Notes: generated from the letters alone by a model not told the origin. A stretch of DNA of 64,000 nucleotides from a virus (IMGVR_UViG_3300037991_002562:44869-108868); one strand, 5' to 3'. Positions 50,392-57,971 are shown, numbered from the stretch's first letter. A program made the numbers and translations.

Positions 50392-50907
50392 TTAATGACC
50401 GTGAAAAGGAACGTGAATTGCTTTCATGTTCAAGCGCTGTGCCATTTGGCAGTTTGCTAGATTATCATCGACCAAAAATGATCGCGATAGCTCAAGCGAT
50501 GAAAACGCGCGGGTTAAGTGGTACTCTTTTAACTCAAAATCACGACGGCGATCATTCTCGCCCTCTCTGGAAAAGATCGCGGTAGGTTTGATTCCGTTCT
50601 TGCGTAGCCACTTGTTAGAATTATTGCACATAACGCGAGCAGTGCAAACAAAAAATGATCTTCCTGCATCAGTTAGGAACTGCGGCACTTCTGCCAGTGG
50701 CATAACTTGATCTTTTGCAATGTTTGCCGCTGTCGATAATTTGCGGTACATTTCAAGGTTAAGCGATCCATCTGGGTGTATCGCTTGGCGGTGTGTAGCA
50801 TCGATCACCACACCATCAAGATCAAAAATAGGTATAATGCTCTGATCCAATAGGATCGCATCAGTCATTTGAAGCGCTGCGGCTCTGGTATTTTGAATTG
50901 TTAACAT
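50392..50907 (-). CDS. dmp: HAD-family deoxynucleoside-5'-monophosphatase
   Basis: FDLDGVVID..HR, G.LNL..Y, CTARVM, VDDN. Confidence 0.85.
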   Translation of the reverse strand: MLTIQNTRAAALQMTDAILLDQSIIPIFDLDGVVIDATHRQAIHPDGSLNLEMYRKLSTAANIAKDQVMPLAEVPQFLTDAGRSFFVCTARVMCNNSNKWLRKNGIKPTAIFSREGENDRRRDFELKEYHLTRAFSSLELSRSFLVDDNLANCQMAQRLNMKAIHVPFHGH

Positions 50908-51429
50908 CTGGTTAACTCCCGTTTAAGGTATATAAAAATATACGTTGGGGCGTTGTGCCTCTCAACTGTTACCCATTATATATAGCAATAAACTTTTGTC
51001 TACATTAGTTTTTATACGTATGTATGAAATTATATACTTTTCATTTGCTCTATTATGTGCTACCCTACCAGCAAATGCAAATGAGAATGATTCTCAATTG
51101 ACCGGCTCCGCCAGGTCGGAACGACCAAACGCAAATGATAATGATTCGCATTCAACCGCGCCGATTTTCGGTCGCTTTCCCAGTTATGGCTTATTATTAC
51201 ATTTACGTGTAGGTTTGTCTAGGACTGAATAGTTCTAAGAATGAATTTATTTAGGCGATTTTGTTATATAGTGAATTGTGGCATTCTAGCAATTACTGTG
51301 CCAACTCAAAAATCGTGCCAAAGTCGCAAATCACGCACAATGCCTCTAAATGGCTCTGTATTGGGAGCATGAGGCAAGCCAAGCAAGTGCATTGCTACAC
51401 CCCAGAAGTCTTCTCAGATTGCCATTGTG

Positions 51430-52113
51430 TAAGTCATTGATTTTAAAGGGAAAAATAATGCTTGACAAGCCAGTGGCACGATTTTTTCTATTGCATAAGT
51501 CGTGCCAACCTTTATTGGTCAATTTCACTACTTTTTGGTTAAATGCTCGATTGGTACGATTCTTGCTAGTAAAACTTTTTGGTACTGCTAATACAAATGA
51601 GAATGATTCGCATTCTCGCCGATTTTGCATACTGGCACGAAACTTGCTTAATGAGAACGGTTCGCAAATGAGAATAGTTGCTATTTAGAAATGGCATGAA
51701 AGTTGCTAGGGAAGTTATCCACAGGAACGTGTGGGTAAGTGAAGTTATGCACAATACTGTATAAATATACAAGCGCTCAGCAGCAGCTGGTGGACTTATC
51801 CACAGAAAATTGTGGATAAATATACCTGTATAGATATACAGTAGTTTTAAGTTGTGGGTAACTAAAACATACCGTTTAAAGCTCCTGTATCGCATTCTGG
51901 GGGGGTTTTTAGGTCGGAGTAATACTAGGGGTTAGGGTGTGGTAGAGTACGAGGGTGTAAAAAATCCTGACCTGGTGTCGAGAAACTTTACAACGCTAAG
52001 TTATTGATATACAAGGATTTTTTGTTTTTTGACGCTAAAAACTGTCGGGTTTCTTTACACTGGCACGGTTCTGTTATGTGCTGGTTTAGCAAAAATTAGC
52101 TAAGTTATTGATA
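51430..52113 (-). promoter_or_regulatory. Three IHF consensus sites
   Basis: WATCAANNNNTTR exact matches at 51430, 51997, 52101. Confidence 0.75.
51715..51861. promoter_or_regulatory. DnaA-box cluster interleaved with LexA boxes
   Basis: TTATCCACA at 51715, 51796, 51811(-); 1-mismatch boxes at 51730, 51745, 51853; CTGT-N8-ACAG at 51826 and near-match at 51757. Confidence 0.8.
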
Positions 52114-52186
52114 TATAGGGGTTTTTCAAAGTTGGCACTAGGGTTGCATTATATATAGTGTGTCACGGGGCACATACTAAAACAAA

Positions 52187-52537
52187 ATGAGAATTATTAT
52201 CATGTTAAACAAAAAAATCCAAATTACTGAGAATGTTGTTATTTCACTATATCGTTGCAATGCTGAAACTTTGGGTGTAGATATTGTACGCTTTTATTTT
52301 AAAGGCGAATTAGTAGGCACTTACATTTCAACAGTGTTTGAAAAACGTGCAAGCGTGTGTTTATATGAATTAGTTGATGAGGTAGCATCAGAAGAAGCAA
52401 AAGCATTTTTACTAGAATGCTCTAACCAAAAAGAAATACTAAAAACTCTAAAAGGATTAAAAGATATTAGAAAAGACTTGACAAACGAAGATAAAGCTAT
52501 TTTTAATGTTTACCTAAAAGCGTTTGACGTGAACTAA
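52187..52537 (+). CDS. Pre-early hypothetical protein
   Basis: 116-aa ORF; start overlapped by a Fur-like box. Confidence 0.55.
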   Translation: MRIIIMLNKKIQITENVVISLYRCNAETLGVDIVRFYFKGELVGTYISTVFEKRASVCLYELVDEVASEEAKAFLLECSNQKEILKTLKGLKDIRKDLTNEDKAIFNVYLKAFDVN

Positions 52538-52842
52538 GCAAAAACCGTGCCAAGTGAGAAAGTCAAGAACTTTCTCACTTGTGTAAATGAGAATAGTTCT
52601 CATCTGGCCGCGCCGATTTTACAGCATAGCGAGGCGATTGTCAAGTTAAATTTTACACGTCCGACCAGTTAAAAAAGTGTTGCTGTTTTATACTTTATAA
52701 TAAAGTGGGTCGCGCCGATTTGGCAATGCGAATGATTCTCATTTACGCCCGATACGTGTCTGGTATGACCAGTGAAAAAGTTGTTGCGGTCTGTGCGGGT
52801 AGCTGTATAATGATTACATCAACTAGAGACAGGGAGGCAGCT

Positions 52843-52983
52843 ATGAACGTGGCTCAGATTATCGGATTGTTATTTTTAGCTATGGCTCTAGCTACACTTT
52901 TTTCTAGAGAGCCACTGGCATCGATTCCGGTGGCTACAATAGGTGTGTTGCTAATATTTGGCGACACTGAGAAACCAATTTAA
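52843..52983 (+). CDS. Small two-helix membrane protein
   Basis: GGAGG RBS, hydrophobic 46 aa, TATAAT at 52806. Confidence 0.6.
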   Translation: MNVAQIIGLLFLAMALATLFSREPLASIPVATIGVLLIFGDTEKPI

Positions 52984-53049
52984 CCCCGTAGGCGATAACC
53001 GCCATTTTGCCCCGTCTATATGGGCGGGGCACTTTTTAAGGGTAGGATA

Positions 53050-53241
53050 ATGGATAAAAAATTCGGCTGGTATGGTGCTGGCCTAATGGTAATTTTTAGT
53101 TTTACCTTGTTGCCGGTATTCGGTATACTAGGCTTAACGTTGCTTACGGTGCAAGCGGTTAGCACTAAGCAACATAACTTGATAGCTCTAAATACATTCA
53201 GCATACTAGGGCTAATTTTAAACTCTACGGGAGTAATTTAA
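53050..53241 (+). CDS. Small membrane protein
   Basis: Hydrophobic 63 aa, AGGA RBS. Confidence 0.6.
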   Translation: MDKKFGWYGAGLMVIFSFTLLPVFGILGLTLLTVQAVSTKQHNLIALNTFSILGLILNSTGVI

Positions 53242-53242
53242 T

Positions 53243-53641
53243 ATGTTTAAGCAATTCGCAGCAACACAAATCCTAGCTAATGCTATCGCTTCGGTCTTAG
53301 ATTTGGGAAAGGATCTAAGTTGTGAAAATGTGGTTTCTACAATGATGGTAGAGGCAAGCAAAAACGAAATACCAGACGCGGACTTAAAAACTTTCAGCGT
53401 GCACACGATTGTGGTGGCAACGAATACACCAACCACCCCAATTGTCGCAAACCTAGAAGAAATTGCGCAAGCGGATGATCCTTTGATGCATTTGGCTGGT
53501 TGTATACTGAGTGAGGAAAATCTGTTAGGGATACAAAAAACCCTAGAAGCTGAACCTGACGAAGACGAGGAAGAAGGTTCACTTCTTGGTGTGGTTCGTA
53601 ATTTGCGTGGCAATGTGCGCATTGAAAAGGATGTAAACTAA
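53243..53641 (+). CDS. Pre-early hypothetical acidic protein
   Basis: GGAG RBS, operon context. Confidence 0.65.
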   Translation: MFKQFAATQILANAIASVLDLGKDLSCENVVSTMMVEASKNEIPDADLKTFSVHTIVVATNTPTTPIVANLEEIAQADDPLMHLAGCILSEENLLGIQKTLEAEPDEDEEEGSLLGVVRNLRGNVRIEKDVN

Positions 53642-53898
53642 TGCCGTGCCGCGACCCATTGACAGACCACGAACTGGAAGCCGCTAAACTGAAAAACAAA
53701 CTTGACAAGGTAACAGACTTGTTATGTGAAGCCTGTTCAGTTATCGAGACTAACGGTATGGACGACGATTGTAGCCTTGAATTAAAACAGTGGATTGCGG
53801 ATCATTTTCAGGCAGATCAAAACAACGTCAGGCGACAAATTGAATTGTTGTCGGTCGCAGAGTTGCGCAAAGTTGTGAAGTTTTTAGACAGTCTATAG
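53641..53898 (+). CDS. Pre-early hypothetical protein
   Basis: MPCRD...LLCEAC...W...H pattern seen in phage proteins. Confidence 0.65.
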   Translation: MPCRDPLTDHELEAAKLKNKLDKVTDLLCEACSVIETNGMDDDCSLELKQWIADHFQADQNNVRRQIELLSVAELRKVVKFLDSL

Positions 53899-53907
53899 GG
53901 GGCAGCT

Positions 53908-54162
53908 ATGGCGAACACATCCATTGAAAAGGGGCGTTCGCCAACGCCTCTCAGGACAGTAAGCACAATTCGCAGAGAATTGCAAGCGCTAGAAAATCAG
54001 GCTAACGAGATAGCGCGAAGTAGCTTTTTAGCGTATGAGTTTTTATCTAGCGATTTGCTAGAGCAGATTAATGCGAAAAAATCAACTATTAATTTTCTCA
54101 CTACCAGAATAAGACGGCGCAAGCTTTACAACTGGCTGAGAAAGAAGACGGGGTGTAAATGA
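53908..54162 (+). CDS. Pre-early hypothetical basic protein
   Basis: RBS and operon context. Confidence 0.55.
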   Translation: MANTSIEKGRSPTPLRTVSTIRRELQALENQANEIARSSFLAYEFLSSDLLEQINAKKSTINFLTTRIRRRKLYNWLRKKTGCK

Positions 54163-54485
54163 TTACCATACAATTAGACGATATACAAGCTAAATTATTA
54201 GCTAACCTATTAAATGGTGAGAAGCTAATACCGCAAGAAGTGAGGGAGCTTGTTCCACTGGTCAACCAGCTTAATACTGGCACAATGAACCGCGAAAAGT
54301 GGATTCAAGGACTAGCAGAGGGCAAGCGCTACACACATGAATACTTTACTAGTAGTGAGTGGGTACAAGCAAGTGCTGTGCCAGAACATCTGGAATTTGA
54401 AGACGGGGTATTATGCTCTATCGAAGAATTTGAGCGCTACCGCGAAGGCTGGCCGCATGACCTATGGGAGGAGATCGAAAAATGA
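54159..54485 (+). CDS. Pre-early hypothetical protein
   Basis: ATGA overlap; G.R.THEYF...EW. Confidence 0.6.
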   Translation: MITIQLDDIQAKLLANLLNGEKLIPQEVRELVPLVNQLNTGTMNREKWIQGLAEGKRYTHEYFTSSEWVQASAVPEHLEFEDGVLCSIEEFERYREGWPHDLWEEIEK

Positions 54486-54922
54486 TTGACCACCTTGACC
54501 AACTAGTACCTTGGTGTTTATAGCTGAATAAAAAGTGCATATTTATGCACTTTTTTGCATAACCGCGCCACTCCAGCACACGGATTCCCACCTATACAGT
54601 ATAACAGGTCTACACGTCAAGTCAAGCACTTTTTCCTGAATACAAATCTAAATGAGAATGATTCGCATTCAACCGCGCCGATTTTACCACACTCTGACAC
54701 AAAAAACAAGTCCGACCAGTACATGCGAGTGGTTCTCATTTAACTTTTTGAATCTAAATGATAACGATTCGCATTCGCAAAGTAACCTTATTTTTCGACA
54801 AATAAATTTACCGAAGGTTTACCCCGATAGGGGAGCGCAGCGACCTGCGCCAGAGTACGATTTCGACTAGTACTAAACCGACCGCTGCCCCTACGTGTAA
54901 GCTACCCTGAGTACTAATCCGA

Positions 54923-55156
54923 CTACCATGGCGGCTTGTCCCAATCTTCAGCGGGCACTACGGCTTCTGACGGGCGTGCTGTGCTGGTGGAGTTAGACGG
55001 GCGCGAAGTGCCCTGCGCCGGAGTACGATTCTGACCGAGTACTAGACCGACCGCCTCTGCCAAGAGCAGGAGTTCGTCTTTCTTAGCAGCACTGAGGCTA
55101 GGGGCAACAATGTTTAAGTGAGTACAAATCTGATTGGCTATATCTGTCTTAGTCAT
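54923..55156 (-). CDS. Small protein resembling the A2-family C-terminal helix module
   Basis: TK.DIA.QI...L.....SL..AKKDELL.LA. Confidence 0.5.
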   Translation of the reverse strand: MTKTDIANQICTHLNIVAPSLSAAKKDELLLLAEAVGLVLGQNRTPAQGTSRPSNSTSTARPSEAVVPAEDWDKPPW

Positions 55157-55188
55157 GTTAATTCCGCTTAATTCAATTTATACGCATA

Positions 55189-55875
55189 TTATATAAGATC
55201 TGAGGCGGAAAAGCAAGGAATTTCTTGAGTTATTTCGGGTTTTTCAGGGATTTCTTGAGGAATTTCAGGGAAATCTATATCTTTAAATGCATACCATTTA
55301 CCGTCTAGAGTATAAGAATTATGGTACTTTGCGCAGTATATAGTATTAAAATTATCTATGCCCTCTTCTTCTACATACTCCCAGAACTCAGCTAAAGACC
55401 ATCCGGCCGGTTTCACCTCGGAGGGTGGTAGGTAGCCGAGGACCCGGTAGGCGTTGTTGTCTATTAAAAATTGTTCAGTCTCATCACCCACCAGCTCTTC
55501 TATTTCAGAGTACAAATCCGGTGATAGTTTGTTTTTTGCTAGGGTCTGCATAGCGTGGAGCTCTTTTATTGCTTTTAGACCTACTTTTCTAACTAGGGGC
55601 AATACCTCGATGCATATGTACTTTAACCACTCTCTTGCATTGGGTTGTACGGACACTCCTAAAAAGAAGTAAATTGTGGATTCATCATACAATTTACGTC
55701 CATCGTCGTGAGTCACGACGCGGGATTGAAAATCAGCATTACGCTTAAGAAAATCATTGACTGCCACCTTAGGCCTTGCGTACCCTAGTTTCTTTGCCAT
55801 GTCTTCCAAGTCAAAATAAAACTTGTTATTTATCTTGTAGAGTGATATACCCTTTTCTAAGTTTAATATATTCAT
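55189..55875 (-). CDS. Bro-N domain DNA-binding protein
   Basis: FYF.LEDMAKKLGY.RP..A...ES.IY......PNA..W...I..EVLP.VRK.G. Confidence 0.8.
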   Translation of the reverse strand: MNILNLEKGISLYKINNKFYFDLEDMAKKLGYARPKVAVNDFLKRNADFQSRVVTHDDGRKLYDESTIYFFLGVSVQPNAREWLKYICIEVLPLVRKVGLKAIKELHAMQTLAKNKLSPDLYSEIEELVGDETEQFLIDNNAYRVLGYLPPSEVKPAGWSLAEFWEYVEEEGIDNFNTIYCAKYHNSYTLDGKWYAFKDIDFPEIPQEIPEKPEITQEIPCFSASDLI

Positions 55876-56102
55876 AGTAAATGCCTCCAGGCTTCAGTAC
55901 CAGTCATCATACCACATACGTAGTCCTGCCATCTTCTACAAACGGCACAATCACCCTTAAGTAGAAAGAAGTAAAGCTCCGATTCGGTAATTTCAGTTTT
56001 AGTAATGCCAGAGTCGTAACCTAAAACTTTATTAAGGTCAGCAACTAGGGCGGTATTGCGTTCAGTTATGGGCACGCCTGCCGTTAATTCATCTATATTC
56101 AT
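55872..56102 (-). CDS. Short Bro-N-like protein
   Basis: DLNKVLGY...ITESELY. Confidence 0.5.
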   Translation of the reverse strand: MNIDELTAGVPITERNTALVADLNKVLGYDSGITKTEITESELYFFLLKGDCAVCRRWQDYVCGMMTGTEAWRHLL

Positions 56103-56215
56103 AGATTTTAGTATATCAAAAATAGTCTAGGAGGGCAAATGATTTAACAAAACGCTTGATTAGAGACGTTTTTTAACGTATAATACTTGTATTGAATGAA
56201 TGAGGAAGAACGAAT

Positions 56216-56527
56216 ATGTGGAACGAACAAAAATCAGCTCAACTAGTTAAGACTTACAAAACTAGCGGCTACGATGTTGCACAAGCGGCGAAGGCGCTTG
56301 GAGTATCGGAACGCTCTGCTATCTCTAAGCTAGCTGCTCTAGGAGAGTATGTTAAGCCTGTAAGTACTAAACCGAGCACAGGGCGCATTAACAAAGCACA
56401 GTACATTTCTGCGGTCGAGGCAATGCTAGGAGTCAAGTCTGGTAAACTAGCGGGTCTCTCTGGGGCGAGTGCTAATGCGATAGAAGAATTAGCGGCAGCT
56501 CTAGTAAAACTAGGAGACCAAGCATAA
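56216..56527 (+). CDS. A2/D3-family DNA-binding paralogue
   Basis: MWNEQ....LV..Y, A.ALGVSERS..SKL, RINKAQ; own promoter cassette 56156-56207. Confidence 0.7.
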   Translation: MWNEQKSAQLVKTYKTSGYDVAQAAKALGVSERSAISKLAALGEYVKPVSTKPSTGRINKAQYISAVEAMLGVKSGKLAGLSGASANAIEELAAALVKLGDQA

Positions 56528-56772
56528 TGGATATTATTGTTACTATTTGGACTGCATTGATTTTTGTAGGGTATCTAGCCTACTTCGCAGGCGACAAAGC
56601 GACTGTAGTAATGTATGACCTAGAGGTGTATCAGGGTAAAGTGTTTAATTGGGCGGATGCAGTTAGTATTATACTAGGGATAGCGTCGGGGCACTATTGG
56701 CTGGCTTTGCTAGTGCCACTCAGCTCTATTATCATGTATAAGCGCACTCGCAAAAAGTTGGGACTTTCTTAG
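56527..56772 (+). CDS. Small membrane protein
   Basis: Two to three hydrophobic segments, basic C-terminus. Confidence 0.65.
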   Translation: MDIIVTIWTALIFVGYLAYFAGDKATVVMYDLEVYQGKVFNWADAVSIILGIASGHYWLALLVPLSSIIMYKRTRKKLGLS

Positions 56773-56880
56773 TCCCTGCTCGCGCCGCTCCGCGGCGAGC
56801 CCTTTCCCATCTATAACATGTATTATACGCGGAATTGAGTCCGTTTGCAAGTGATTTTTAGTAAGAAACTGGTGAGACTA

Positions 56881-57410
56881 GGGTGGGAATTGGGGCGGAA
56901 TCGGGGAATTTTAGTCGCGCCTAACGGTCGTTTACGACCTGCGCCCTCCGAAAAAACTTTAAAATTTCTTGCGTGGCTACAAACCCAATCTTGGCCGTAA
57001 ACGGCCGGGTTAGGGGTATAAGTGTAGTAAGGCGTTTGCCACTTCGCGGCGGGTTCAGGGTATAAGTGTATGAAACCTAGGGGAAGGGTTGGGAGATTCG
57101 GGATATAAGTGTAATAAGGAAGGTGTTGATAACGCTCTCGCCGGAACAATGCCGAAGGCATGGAGTGGGCGAGGATGTGGTAAAAGTATATTAGAGTCTA
57201 GGGATAAGTCTGTAGGGAGGCCTAGGAATAGATTTAGACTAGGATTGGAAAGGCAGCAGGCGGGGCGAGTCCAGGGCCGTATGTTGGGAAGGGTCGGGGA
57301 AGATTGGGGAGGTTTGGGGAATAAGTGGGGAAACAATCCTCTGATATAGTTATAGGTATAGCAGAGCGAAACGAGTTCTCTGATATAGCTATAAGTATAA
57401 CTATAAATAG
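56881..57410 (+). repeat. Non-coding G-skewed repeat tract, candidate injection-stop-signal region
   Basis: GGRTATAAGTGTA x3 (about 57014, 57058, 57101), CTCTGATATAG x2, three G4-type motifs. Confidence 0.65.
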
Positions 57411-57484
57411 CTTATCCTCCTAGTTTTTTGATACTCAAAATTTTAAAATTGGTACTTTTTCGATAGATACAATTATGGCAATAA

Positions 57485-57652
57485 AATCTTTTTGTTGTGT
57501 TCGCTTAAAGCGACTATGTCTTAGTATTGGTTAGGCTTGTCAAAGTTACTTGGGGTGTGCTTTAAACAGAGTCGCACCCCACTTTGAGCCAAACCGACTA
57601 AGAAGTCGCTAAAGCTCACATCAATAGAGAGTCATATAACTCTCTAGAAGAT
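57485..57652 (-). ncRNA. Candidate rod-shaped structured RNA
   Basis: TTTACA-17-TACAAT promoter (57687-57659), long imperfect inverted repeat, no ORF. Confidence 0.5.
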
Positions 57653-57698
57653 GTTAATATTGTAGCAGATTTTTTTCTCCATGTAAAGTATTTTGTTT

Positions 57699-57971
57699 TT
57701 ATTCACCAATGGGTTCTGACCACAATGCTTCAAATGGTTCTTTGCAGTAAACAACATATGACCAAGACGTGTAACTTGGGTTACTTTTTCGGTCGACTTT
57801 GTTTGCTTCTAGGATTTGAAGATATTGGTCGTATTTTTGCTTAACAGTTCTTTCCTTATCATCCCTGAACATTCGCTGTGTGATTTGCATATGCTTTAGC
57901 AGCATTTCTTGGGTGTGGTTTGGGAATTTGTTACAAAACTGTCTTAGTTTAACTTTGTAGGCTTCTTTCAT
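57699..57971 (-). CDS. Early hypothetical protein, family 1 copy a
   Basis: Similar to 57968..58264. Confidence 0.7.
   Translation of the reverse strand: MKEAYKVKLRQFCNKFPNHTQEMLLKHMQITQRMFRDDKERTVKQKYDQYLQILEANKVDRKSNPSYTSWSYVVYCKEPFEALWSEPIGE

Larger units (their letters stand above)
51289..52552. promoter_or_regulatory. Cluster of sigma54 -24/-12 elements
   Basis: TGGCAY-N5-WTGC at 51289(-), 51493(-), 51633(+), 51692(+), 52133(+), 52538(-); partial at 51306, 51474, 52061. Confidence 0.75.
51080..54775. promoter_or_regulatory. Dispersed Fur-box-like 19-bp palindromes (AATGAGAATNATTCTCATT type)
   Basis: Copies at 51080, 51134, 51596, 51650, 51667, 52186, 52586, 52725, 54651, 54722, 54757 (plus 48116). 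Confidence 0.8.

Noticed and set aside
50945-51895. ORFs 50945..51232, 51346..51630, 51350..51688, 51566..51895 (and 54555..54870) sharing NENDSHS-like peptides
   Set aside because: The peptide is just the translated Fur-like DNA repeat; no RBS and atypical composition, so treated as non-coding
51080-54775. CRISPR-like array
   Set aside because: Repeats are short, degenerate and irregularly spaced; no cas genes
33520-55500. Chi (GCTGGTGG) octamers at about 33521, 40397, 47315, 51786, 54983, 55488
   Set aside because: Mixed orientation, mostly in coding sequence, and the host Chi sequence is unknown; not clearly above chance
56823-57349. Pro- or Gly-rich ORFs in the G-skewed tract
   Set aside because: Composition artefacts of G-runs; no RBS or recognisable domain
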